Positions 40,366 through 53,690 of a stretch of DNA of 64,000 nucleotides are shown here, in pieces. A program made the position numbers and the translations under genes. Position 1 is the first letter of the stretch. Every line of letters starts with the position of its first letter. The notes below the pieces were generated by a model. The model was not told the DNA's origin and did not search any database. It saw only the letters and a program-made list of their open reading frames with translations. The DNA lies in the NCBI RefSeq assembly GCF_026210795.1, contig NC_089434.1, positions 2,976,001 through 3,040,000 on the forward strand, given 5' to 3'. The stretch comes from Rhizophagus irregularis. Its lineage: Eukaryota.

Positions 40366-41223
40366 AATAATATGGTTATGTAATTTAAGAATTAAAAAAA
40401 AATAGAAAAAAAAATTTATTGTTTTTTTTTTTAGTTTAGTTCATTAACTTTGAAGAAACTTTTTTGATACTATTAAGAAAGAATTTAGTTGCATCACCGA
40501 ACTATTTATAAGTTTCTTTTTGTAAATTTATTTATATCGTACAAGTTTTATTACACGAAGCCAATCCTGCTAAATTAATCCGTACAATGTATTTCATGTT
40601 TTCATAAACTAAATTAAGGTTGCCCATTCTAATCTAAATAATGACATCTTGAACAATTTAATTTTTCTTTCATTCAATCAATTCTATATTACGATGGTGA
40701 CATCCATTGGAATTGGAATTTGGAAGTTCTATTAGAAGAATTGGAAGTATAATATTTAATGTGCAACAGAAACTTTCCAATAGAACTTACTATGACAAAG
40801 TTAATAATAATTAAAAACGTGTTTGATAATCTAATATCACTTTAACAATTATATAAATTTTATTTATAAAATAACTACGCAGTATGTTATTGCTTGTATA
40901 AAATAAATAAATAAATAAATAAGGCGGCTGTTCCCAATTTTGTTATTCTTGTGCGACTGGATGATCACAGGTTTAAGCTTTTAAATTTACTGCGCCATTC
41001 ATTCGATTAGAAGTTCGATATAATAACATAAAAAGTCAAAAAAACATTGTTAATAATTATATTTGAATTCCTTTAGATGTTATGTTAAGCATTAATTTTT
41101 ATTTTTTACAAGAGCATAAAAAGGAATATTAAAGCATATATTGTATTGTTGTAAAAATAAACTAAATACTGTATTTCTAGTTTCTCTTTAGTAGATAAGT
41201 GCAAGAATTATGTGTGAGGAATG

Positions 41224-41900
41224 TAGGGAATTGAGTCGACCAATTCAAAATCGATCAACATATAATCGAATAAATTTGAAACACGTAAAATCTATTATAT
41301 AATACTCGAATAAAATAAATCGATTAAAATATTAATCATGCTTTAACGATAAATTGGTTAAATAAACGTGATAAAATCTTAAAATAGCAACTTTGCTAAT
41401 TTTTCTTTGTAACAAGTAAGAAAGTTTCTTTCTTTTACACTCTCTGCTTATAGTATTAATAAACTCTTTTAACGTAAATAATGCCTCCAAAACGTGCAAA
41501 TAGTTCCACTGAATCTTTACACACACAAGTGATATTACAGACGAACAAGAACCACAAATTATACCAAAAACTGCAATAAAACCAGTTGGGTGTGGGATAT
41601 CACTTTGTGGAGAAAACAGACGGGCGTGTGTATTATCAATATATATTATAAATAAATAATGCGAAAGTATAAAATTGCATAAAATTTATATAATCTATTA
41701 TATTTATTTTATTAATTTTTAGTTTACTAATAAAATACTAATTATTTATGACATTTAATCGATTAATCGATTTTATTAGATCGAGTGTACTTAATCGAAC
41801 TTTAATCGATTACAGCTTGTTAGTCGATTTTGGTCGATCTTGCCTAAAAATTTTAACCAATTAATCGAACAATGATTTTGGGTGTTGACTCAATTCCCTA
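41224..41900. mobile_element. Non-autonomous hAT-like DNA transposon
   Basis: TIRs tagggaattgagtcgac / gttgactcaattcccta; many subterminal atcga repeats; absent from the paralogous site at ~45570-45585; internal VKIQWNYLHVLEALFTLKEFI resembles the hAT TRWNS motif region. Confidence 0.85.
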
Positions 41901-42274
41901 ATTTTCTCACTCTTTGACCCACTAACTCGAATTCAAAAAGGTCTCTTCTAGTTGTTCAACTTTTATTTTTCAAGTGAATGGCGCAGAAATATTAATAAAT
42001 AAAATTATCCCATCACATGATCTATTACAGGAAGTGGAATATATCTGAAAAATTCATTTTTTGATGATTTTCACGTTATGCAAGGAAGGGATAGTTTGAA
42101 GAAAAACTATAGATAATATTATAAATTTAACAAATAATGAATTAAAAGTGAAGTTCAGAAATGTCAATAAATTCGTAATAATGAATGTTTAGGACAACGA
42201 AGTTCTTAAAGAATCTGCAGACTTCCATTTTACCGACATGAAAATTACCATTTCACCGAAAATTATTTAATTAT

Positions 42275-42409
42275 TGTAAGGTCCAGGAAAGGTCAACCGG
42301 GTATACTTGGTATTTAATGTTGCAAGACCATTGAATGTATCAAACATAACAAGCAACTTGAGAATCTTGTCCATGGATCAACACACGTTTCATTTTTCCC
42401 ATCTGACAT
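42275..42409 (-). pseudogene. 5' fragment of a WSC-family paralog
   Basis: ATG at 42409 (MSDGKNETC), then DTFNGLATLNT..PG.TFPGPY; the rest is deleted. Confidence 0.75.
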
Positions 42410-43567
42410 TTATACTATATATAACGATCAGAGGTTAAAATTTGATTAATAATTTACTAAATATGAATAATTTAAACAAATAAATTTATACATATTTAAA
42501 AGACTCTACACTAGTATTAATTTTTGAAACAAATTCACTGAATTATTTTAAAGCGAGAACACATTTTGATATTGGTACGGGTGAGAAATCATTGTTTGGG
42601 AGCTACATTTAAGAAGTATTAGATGATAATGTTCGATAATAAAGTGTACAAAATGACATATTTATACGAGCTTTTTCTTTAAATACTGCGGGTGTTTCAT
42701 AATCTAGTCCAATTATTGTTGTATCTATGCCTCATTATTTAGCCATAAAAGGTTCTAACTTTTGGATTTGCTATATCTAAAGGACATCATCGTTTTGGTG
42801 TTCATTAATACGCTAATCACACTCGTTACATACTTATTTGTTCTCGATTACTAATTTTAGAAAACTTTATTTAGGTGCTACCGTAAGAGAAAATTACAAG
42901 ATGAGAACAATACATTTATGCAATTTTTGAATGATAATCATGCTGATTCATGTATCCTCGACTCATGCAACTACTGTTTCATAACATATTGTCAATACTG
43001 ATATTACTAGTGAATTTGAAAACTTTTTCTCGAAGTTTCAGAAATTACAAAAAGTTCAATAATATATAATTACATATTAATTTATTTTTAATTTCGTTGA
43101 TATCAACCCTTTTTTTTAATTGATCTAAAAATTTTACGAACAAATAAATCTTTTAATTTAATTTGTTATGTAAAAGGTAATTTCCAAATGTAAGATAAAA
43201 AAAAGGAAATTGCTAGATCTCGTATGTGATATTCAATAAATGTAACATCATCTTATTTGTGCTTTCTTTGATAAAAATAATCTTTGAAATTGTAGGAACG
43301 ATTTTCTTTTTTTTTCTTGTTAATATATGAATTCTCTTAAAAATATATACATTCTTTTTTCATTCAAAGACGATGAATTTGGTAACTATTAGTTATAATT
43401 AGTTATATTATTCATTATTAACACTTGATTTACTTTACAAGACTAACTATTTAAGAGTAAAAAAGCTAATACAATCTAAAATAAATGACCATATAATTAC
43501 TGATTACTAAAATTACAGATATAATTTATCATATTTCCTTTAAAAATAAATAATGGTAAAGTCAGAA

Positions 43568-43671
43568 TCATAGATGGGCTTCACCAATGGCCTTTTCTTT
43601 TTCGTCATTGCCATCTTTATTAATATTATTAATATTATTATTAATATTATTATTATTATTATTAATATTAA

Positions 43672-43714
<43 letters not shown>

Positions 43715-44650
43715 ATTAATATTATTATTATTATATCTTCTTTTGATAAATATAAATGTGACTACAATTATTGCAGAAATTCCAATACTCGAACCGATTA
43801 TTAAACCAAGAAGAAGAGGAGATGGGGATCGAGGAGGTGGAGGGGATGGAAGAGGTGAAGGAGATGGAGGAGGAACTTCATGTATACTTAGAGCCCAAAT
43901 GCCTCCACAAATCTGAGAATTATTACCCGGACAACTAGCTCTACAATGTTCTGAACCTATGAGTCGATTTATGCTGTCATAGGAATTGCCACAAAAACAT
44001 TGAGTTCTTGCTTCAAGTCCAGCATATTTATAATTATCTTTACGACAATTATCTATACAATCATCAATTGTCATAGATTCAGATGACAAACAACTATTGC
44101 TTAAGACTCTTTTATTGCAAAATCTATCATCCTGAATGCATCCTTTGTAGTAAGGATACATTTTTTTATCCTTATCAATATTGTACATAATATTGAGTTT
44201 TTCCTCAATAGTAATATTGTAAGGTGGAGTGTAATCTTGTATTTCGGCTTTATATACTGTATAAGCTCCCTTTCCGCCACATGGATAAGTCACTGGACCG
44301 GTTAAAGTATTAGAAGTACACAATAAATTGCACGTATTGTTGTCATCAACCTTTGTATAAGATTGAAGAGCATCTGCATATCCACAACGACAGTTAACAC
44401 CATTCTCCACAGCGGCATAATTAAACTTAAGATCTATACAAGTTTTAAGGCAAAATCCTACAATATGGTAATTTTGAGTAGTGTAAGGATCAGGGAATAT
44501 TAAACCAGATCTGCTCGGGCTTTCTAACATTGCAAGACCGTTGAATTTATCATAAGTAGAATTGTTACGAACAAAACACCCTATTGGAGTGACTTGAGGA
44601 TCTTGTCTGAGAATCTCCCCATTTTCATCGCATTTGTCAATACATGCCAT
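43568..44650 (-). CDS. Double-WSC-domain membrane protein (copy B) with Ser/Pro stalk and poly-Asn tail, intronless
   Basis: Ectodomain nearly identical to copy A; PPPSPSPLPSPPPPRSPSP stalk, TM, KRRY, N-rich tail. Confidence 0.9.
43620..43733 (-). repeat. (AAT)n coding microsatellite giving a poly-Asn/Ile tail
   Basis: Run of tta/tat repeats on the + strand. Confidence 0.95.
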
Positions 44651-45949
44651 AATAATATAGTTATGTAACTTAAGAATTAAAAAAAAATAGAAAAAAAAAT
44701 TATTGTTTGTTTTTCATTAATTTTGAAGAAACTTTTTTGATACTATTAAGATAGAATTTAATTGCATCACCGAACTATTTATAAGTTTCTTTTATAAACA
44801 AAATATTTTCTTTGTAAATTTATTTATATCGTACAAGTTTTATTACACGAAGCAATCCCGCTAAATTTAATCCGTACAATGTATTTCATGTTTTCATAAA
44901 CAAAATTAAGGTTGCCCCTGGATTTAGCATCTAATCTAAATAATATCATCTTGAACAATTTAATTTCTCTTTCATTTAATCAATTCTATATTACAATGGT
45001 GACATCCATTGGAATTAGAAGTTCTATTAGAAAGAATTGGAAGTACAATGTTTTGGTGTGCATCAGAAACTTTCCAATAGAAACTTACTATATTTTCTAC
45101 CACCAAAGTTAATAATAACTAAAAACATGTTTGATAATCTAATATTCTTTCTATCAATGAAATATCTAGAAATTATATAAATTTTATTTATAGAATAATT
45201 ACACAGTATGATATTGCTTGCATAAAAAAACAAATAAAAAAATAAATAAGGCGGGCTGTTCCCACTTTTATTATTTCCTTGTTTGTAAATTATGCGATTA
45301 TCGATGATCTAAGCTTGTTAATTTACTGTGCCATTCATTCGATTAAAATAACATAGAAGTTCGATATATTAACATAAAAAAAGACAAAAAAACATTATTA
45401 ATAATTATATTTGAATTCCTTTAGATTTTATGTTAAGCATTAATTTTTATTTTTACAAGAGCATAAAAAGGAATATTAAAGAATATATTGTATTGTTGTA
45501 AAAATAAATAAACTAAATACTGTATTTCTAGTTACTCTTTAGTTGATAAGTGCAAGAATTATGTGTGAGGAATGTATTTTCTCACTCTTTGACCCACTAA
45601 CTTGAATTCAAAAAGATCTCTTCTAGTTATTCAATTTTTATTTTTCAGTTATACAAGGAAGGGGTAGTTTGAAGAAAAACTATAGATAATATTATAAATT
45701 TAACAAATATATAATGAATTAAAAGTGAAATTTAGAAAAGTCAATAAATTTGTAATAATGAATGTTAAGAACAGCGAAGTTCTTAAAGAATCTGAATAAT
45801 TTAAAGATTCCAAATTTTCAAAAAGTATGTGATTATGTTTACGGTACGAATTACAGACAGTCATTTCACCATTTTACAGACTTCCATTTTACCGACATGA
45901 AAAATTACCATTTCACCGAAAATTATTTAAATAAAGTATCCCACATTTG

Positions 45950-46087
45950 ATTATTGTAAGGATCAGGAAATGTCAAACCGGGTCTACTTGGATTATTTAA
46001 TGTTGCAAGACCATTGAACGTAAACAACCATATGTATATATCATTTACACATGACTCAACACACATTTCATTTTTCCCGTCTGACAT
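45950..46087 (-). pseudogene. 5' fragment of a WSC-family paralog (duplicate of 42275-42409)
   Basis: ATG at 46087 (MSDGKNEMCVESC), FNGLATLNNPSRPGLTFPDPY, same 3' deletion junction. Confidence 0.75.
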
Positions 46088-46265
46088 AATGAATCGATTT
46101 ATACTATATGATGGCCTGAGCTTGAAATAATTTGAATATAAATAATTTAATATATTTAGAGTTTTAGACTAGTCACAAAATTCTCTGAATTATTTTAAAG
46201 AGAGAACTAATTCTTTAAAAAACATTTGATATTGGTACGGCCGAGAAATCATTATTTGGGAGCTA

Positions 46266-47213
46266 CAGTGCCCGGAAAAAAGTCAGTAACCACGTAAAAA
46301 ATTAGCAATTAGTTAGTGAAGTTTACCACTAAGTAAACTTTTTTTTCATAATAAATAAATCGCCTTTCATAGATTAAGTAATATTGTGCGTCATAATGAA
46401 TTACATTTATCCTAAAATTTTTAAGCTAATTAAATTCAAAATGAATTATATAGTGCAATTTTTATTTGAAAATTTTGTATTTTTATAATAAATTTTCAAT
46501 TATAAATAACTGTTAAATTTTTTAGTCTTAATATGTTGTGATTAATTAAGAAAATTTGTTGGCCATGTTAAAAAACATGGGTCCTTAAAATTTCAGGTTA
46601 ACTGGATTTAAGTTCGCATGCAAAATTTCGTGATGAATCACGTGATTGAAGATCATTTCTATTTATTTATAGCTTGTTTGTCGATCATTTATTAAGTAAA
46701 TTTATGTCTCCGTACATTTCAAACTTCTTATTGAAAGAATGTCAGCAAAATTTAAAAAAAATTTATAGATTTTAAGTGCAAGTTTTATAAAATAACAAAG
46801 ATAATCAGTAACTAATTACATGATCGATTGTAAAATTTTGTAATTAAGTCAAGCAAACCTTAGTAAGTATGAATCCGATTAATCTTAAATTTTAAAGAAC
46901 CATGTTTTTTAACATAACCAACAAGTTTGCTTATTCGATTAGAATACTTCAAGACCAAAAAATTTAATGATTAATTATAACCAAAAATTTTGTTAAAAAC
47001 ACTGAAATATATGGACAAAAATTGTAATAAATAACTCAATATAGATCAAATTAATACGAAATTTTCAGGATATATATAATTCATTATAATACACAGCTTT
47101 ACTTATTTCATAAAGAGTAATTTTATTAGTATAAAAAAAAGTTTACTTAATAGTAAACTTTGTTAATTAATTGCTAATTTTTTAATTGCTTACTGACTTT
47201 TTTCTGGGCACTG
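46266..47213. mobile_element. Tc1/mariner-type non-autonomous element with long foldback TIRs and TA target duplication
   Basis: ta|cagtgcccggaaaaaagtcagtaa ... ttactgacttttttctgggcactg|ta; imperfect inverted arms of ~350 bp; empty site agctacatttaagaag at ~42601. Confidence 0.93.
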
Positions 47214-47565
47214 TACATTTAAGAAGTATTTTGATAAAATAAGGTGTAAAAAAATGACTTTTTCTTTAAATACTGCGGGTGTTTCATAATCTAGTCCAAT
47301 TATTGTTGTCAGAAAGCTTTATTTATGTAAGAAAATTACAATATGAGACAAACTACATATACCTGATACAGTATGTAATTTTTGAATGATTCTAGAATCT
47401 TGCGACTCAATGCAGCCACTATTTCATCAAAAAAAAGGTACTGACATCACATAGTAAATGCAAAGGCTTTTCTCAAAGTTTCAGCAATTACAACAAGTTC
47501 AATTATACATATAAATTTATATTTAATTTCGTGATATCAACCCTTTTTTTCATTGATCTAAAATT

Positions 47566-47882
47566 TAGAGTTCCAATCCGTCACCCGACGGATAATCATA
47601 TTTTGACAGTTGTACGCTCGTTTAATTAATATAAACGGATTAAAATATTATCTGACGGATGAAAATTTCAATCCGACTAAGATTTCACCCCATTTATTTT
47701 ATGTTCAATTAATTAAATAATGCATAGTCTGATCACCTTTACATCCCCATTTATTTTATGTTCAATTAATTACCTTACATCGAATGCAGTTCCTTATGTA
47801 TAAATTATGAAATATAAATGTCTCTCTCCAAAAATAAATGAGAAGAGATTGATCATCCGTCGGATGTCGGATTGGAACTTTA
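47566..47882. mobile_element. MITE with TIR tagagttccaatccg...cggattggaacttta
   Basis: ~25-30 bp imperfect TIR; flanking duplication atctaaaatt/atctaaattt; empty site gatctaaaaatttcacg at ~38948; internal direct repeat cccatttattttatgttcaattaatta x2. Confidence 0.88.
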
Positions 47883-48084
47883 ATCTAAATTTCACGAATA
47901 AATAAATTCTTTAATTTGTTATGTAAAAGGTTATTCCCAAATGTAAGATAAAATGTAAGATAAAAAACTAAAATCTTTTATTTGTTACATATCTGCATTC
48001 TTTGATAGAAAATAATCTTTGATAATGTAGAAACGATCTTCTTTTTTTTCTTGTTAATATATGAATTCTCTTAAAAATATATAC

Positions 48085-48394
48085 AACATTGCGGCGGATT
48101 TATGAAATTTGGCAAAAACCCTGCTGTGCACTTGGGAATTAAAATTGACATTAAGCTTTTTTCCTAAAAAATGTCAAATAATGACGCGCTTTTAACCCTG
48201 GAAAAATTGGTTAGGTAATGGGAAAATTGGTTAGACGCAAGTTTTGGGGTACAAAAAAATTTTTAGAGCTCATTTTGACTGTTCACTAATAAATTTGGGA
48301 CTTAAATAGAAATTTGGTTACCTAAAACACTATCAAATATTTATTAATTTGACATGACGCACAAATTTTGGGGGTATTTCATAAATCCGCCATG
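48085..48394. mobile_element. MITE with TIR ggcggatttatgaaat / atttcataaatccgcc
   Basis: 16-bp perfect inverted repeat; atatatac on both flanks; absent from paralogous sites at ~39150 and ~43345. Confidence 0.85.
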
Positions 48395-50813
48395 ATATAT
48401 ACATATGTTATATATATTATTCAACCTTTGGACGATGAATTTGGTAACTCAATTATATTATTCACTATTCTACACTTTATTATATATAGATAATTTGATT
48501 TATTTTACAATAAATGAAATGATTAACAAAAAACTAATAACTGAAAAATCTAAAATGATGACTGAAATTATATATATAATTTATCATTATTTCCTTTAAA
48601 AATGAATAATGATAAAGTCAGAATCATCGATAGGCTTTAACTTTATTATTTTCAAATTTGATTGTATTTATTTTAACTCGTTCAAGTTGTAGCTTAATTT
48701 TAAGCTATTTTACACATAAATTTATAATATCATTTTTATATCTAAATTTGTACTAAATAGGTCTAAATATTTTACATAGAGTCATATTAAATAAATTATT
48801 TATTGCATAATATTGCATAAATATCTTTGATATTTTTGACAAATTATGTCATTTGGATTAAATATCACATATATTAATCTTTATAGGTTAAATACTGCTA
48901 ATAAATAAGCTATATGGAACATAATAACACAGCTATTTGGGTGGTTAAAATATCATCCGAACTGCTTCGCATTTCGGTGATACCCCTACCCAATAGCTAT
49001 TATTTATAAATTCGTACTTGTTCTTATATAATTAAATTAAACATGATCATGCAAATTTGCATCTAATTCAATTCGATGAACAGAAATCATTGACTTCAAG
49101 AACCTTGGTTGCGTGGTCAACAGGGTTCATCTATCCTTTCATCAACTTCGGATTGTGGTTGAATTTTTTTCTCGATATTTCTTTGGTTTTCGTTCTTCTG
49201 AATATAATATGGGGTGTAAAAGAATAATTAAAAAATTGTAACGAGGACTTCGTTACCACCAACGACTGTTCCATTGCTTAGCCTGAGTTGTATATCCTTG
49301 ATATAGTATTGTCCTTGTCGTCAATGTTACGAATTTCTTTAGAAAGAACGATTAAGATCATCCCACTAAACGTAAAATATTGTAATAATAGTTAGTTAAA
49401 TAATTATATGACTAATAACCAACGGATACATCTTACTTGGTATAAATATGGAATGACCACTGTTCTAAAGTTTTTATTTCAATGGTCAACATTTTGTTGG
49501 CGAAACAGGGTTATTATTTAATATTGGTTTGTATGAGGAAAACTTTTTACAAATCTTTGGAAGTTACATAGAGAATTACGTTCTTCAGAATAATCTTTTG
49601 TAGAATCAAGAAAGTCCAGAATATACTGTTAATCTTAATAAATATCCTTCCAAGTAATAACAAATGAGATAAAATTTGTATTTTACCTTCATCAAATAAA
49701 CGTAGTTGAGTGGCAAAGTATTTACTGAGAGTATATAACACCGCTTTCAGAATCCCGACTTCGATTTATTTTTTGTCTAAATGGATTCCATTTCTCATGA
49801 TTTTCCCATGAATTTTTCGCTGTTTTCAATTTAGTGCGACCTCCAATAAAATTAGCTGTATCACATGATTAATTTCGAACGAAAAAAAAAAGAAAAAAGT
49901 ATAATTTTAAAATTTAATAACTATGTTTCCTGTGATTCAATTTAAATAATTTTTAATATTCTAAAAGAACAAACAAAGCTTGTCCTAATACTTAAAATCT
50001 GACATGACTATACATAGTTATAACCATCTAAATATACATAATACTAATTAAAGTATAAATTATGTGAAATGTATAGTTTATTTAATTAAACTTAAACCTA
50101 TTAAAATATAAACAAAAAAATACTTAATCAACACTTGTTTAGCTTTATATAATTAAATAAAAGTAATGTTTTTGTTTGAAAGTATAACTTTTAAGACAAC
50201 TTTTGCATAAAAAGAAAATCGAAATCTGTAAAACTTCATAACTTGAAAAACAACTCTTACCTGGTAAATATCATACTTATAACCTTGCAAGTATATAGTT
50301 TGTCATAAAAAGTTTACAAAATCATGGGAAATTTGCGAGAAATAAACTTAACAAGAAACTTTTATTAGAAGCAATTGAAAAAAAAATGGAGGAAATCGGG
50401 AAATCAAATTAGATTTACATCTGGTTACACAATTATGAGACGCACTAAATTGAAAAAGGCGATATGAACAAACTTCTGCTGGTTTAGGAAGTAGTAGTAA
50501 TAGTGATAGAACAAATTGGGATAATGATAATTACGATGCATAAGCACATCATAAACACATGAACACCCGCAGATATTATTTTATATATATATATTATATA
50601 TATATTTTTTTCAATTGACAACAGATAATGATAATATCTCCGCAGACATGAAAAATATAAAAAGACTAAAGAACTTTTATTTATCTCTTACTGTCAAAAA
50701 CGATTTAGAGAATTTCCCCAACAGTTGCTTCATAGTTAAGAAAAAGTCGAATACTTTTGTTTTATCACGTTAGTCGTAACTAATGTTCTTATTGTTTTTT
50801 TAATAGTTAGGAA

Positions 50814-51811
<998 letters not shown>

Positions 51812-51815
<4 letters not shown>

Positions 51816-51919
51816 TCTAGGAAGATCAAGAGAGAATTTTTTTTCAAAATTGAGATTTTTATTGTTATAGACTAAATTTTAGCTAAAAAATTCTCTTACC
51901 TTGATTTTTCTAGATCAGA
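51812..51919. mobile_element. Small foldback/MITE-like inverted repeat at the astacin 3' end
   Basis: ctgatctaggaagatcaag-agagaatttttt ... aaaaaattctct-cttgatttttctagatcag. Confidence 0.65.
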
Positions 51920-52563
51920 CCCTTATATTATATGAATTAATTGTTTAACTTTTTACATCACAAATATTTTGCATCATAATAAAAAAAACATATTTACGGA
52001 TATCCGTTTTTTCGTATGTTGCTACATTATGTAGATAATGTCGTAAGTCCTACCTCTAAAAAGAATAAAAAAAATGAAATCTATCATAAGAATCCATTGT
52101 TATCATTTATTGGAAGAAATTTTTTGGATGTTTAACCGAGAAACCATAGAGATGTGTTTTACTTACGGTGTGATTTGTGAGAATACTAGACACTCTACTA
52201 CTACTCTACTTCATTAATAATATGAGTGTTAAGATTGTCACATTTAGACACATAATCATAACTAATAGTAAAATTCGCATAAACATATTCTTATTCTTTA
52301 TTTATAGTAAGGTTACTCGTGACTGGGCACAATAAGTGCAATACGAATACATTTTTAACTAGAAGCAAATTTACGTAAAATAACAAACATTTTTTTTAAG
52401 TAAATAGTATCTCGAACAACAAACAAATATGTGATTAGCAGACAATCCAAACTACTAAATGATAGCGCATGACTCTATGATAAAAAGATAATCTCTTTCC
52501 AGAGATCACATGATTAATTTGTGTACAGACTCCTCACGTGAGTATTAGTTTATCACTATTATA

Positions 52564-53690
52564 GGACCCCGGATAATTATAATAGAGGTCACATCCGCAG
52601 TACTAATTAAAAATCTAATGAAATATACATAAATTTTGCCGTTTTGATATACATTTTTATCATATGACCTTATTTTGTACTACAAATATCCTTTTTTATC
52701 ATATGACATCAATTTACTAAAAAATAGGTCAAAATTTTATTTTATATTAAAATTATACAGCATTATCATCAATTGACTCTGTAGAAATAATCAACTGTAA
52801 TTTATCTATAGCTGAATTAAAAATTATAGATTATCATTTCTTTTTTTCCTACAAATTAAAAATCCCATATTTTCAGTGAAATTTTCGCAATTTCCCAAAA
52901 ATTCATTAATTTTAAAATCATAGCTAGTCTAAATTGTAATGCTAAGGTTTAATAAACAACCCCCATTAGAAAAGACAGCTGCGGAAGTTAAATGTGAATA
53001 TTGCAAATGAAGGATCTTTTCAGCAGTATTATCAATTCTGGCTAACGGTGGAAGAGTCTCATAAGGAGTATCAAAAGTAATAAAAAAGATATCAGATATA
53101 TTAATATTTGAAACATAAACAGAATGAATATTAGGAGGTGGAATTGTAGAAAGTATTAATGTTTAAAAGTTTCTCAAGATATTTCATTTTGTATTGATAT
53201 ATAATGACATTAAAGACAAAAATTAAAACACGAAAGCGCGTGTCTTAAGTCTTAACATTTTAAAAATAATTAATGGTAAATCATATTGAATCTCTGGTAA
53301 ATTTATCTGACATGAAAAGCAAATAAATTTAATAAATTTAAATAATTATATTACATTGTGATAAAAAATGAACTTTTTGAATATAAATTTATTACGTTAT
53401 CATTATGATAAAATTATCTCAAACAAAATTTGCTATTTATATTAAATTTGATGTAACACTACTGCATATTATATTCCCTAAAATATACGCTTTATTAGAA
53501 AAATTACATATGACCTTAAAATTTTACATAAAATTATATACTTATTTTACTGTGACCTAATTCAGAAGTATTCTATTTTTGCATGTGACTTTTACTTAAA
53601 ATACCCGCTTTTGCATATGACCTTTTCATTAAAAATACAATAAAATATACTTTTTTTGTATATGACCTTTATTATAATTATCCGGGGTCC
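52564..53690. mobile_element. Non-autonomous TIR element, Mutator-like
   Basis: TIR ggaccccggataattataata.aggtca / tgacc...tattataattatccggggtcc; ~10-bp flanking duplication cactattata/tactattata; repeated catatgacct motifs. Confidence 0.88.

Larger units (their letters stand above)
38201..48636. repeat. Tandem segmental triplication: unit 1 ~38201-42409, unit 2 ~42410-46087, truncated unit 3 ~46088-48636
   Basis: Collinear shared anchors such as aaatactgcgggtgtttcataatctagtccaatt (~38473, ~42680, ~47268) and gtcagaatcat (~39372, ~43561, ~48617). Confidence 0.92.

Noticed and set aside
43568..43580. C-terminal AHL as a peroxisomal PTS1
   Set aside because: Present in only one paralog, and PTS1 applies to soluble matrix proteins rather than TM proteins
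43574..43916. Plus-strand poly-Ile/poly-Leu ORFs
   Set aside because: Antisense readings of the AAT microsatellite in WSC copy B
49050..49830. Gene-like stretch on the minus strand (incl. ORF 49547-49741)
   Set aside because: Multiple stops and no recognisable family; possibly a relic, but unsupported
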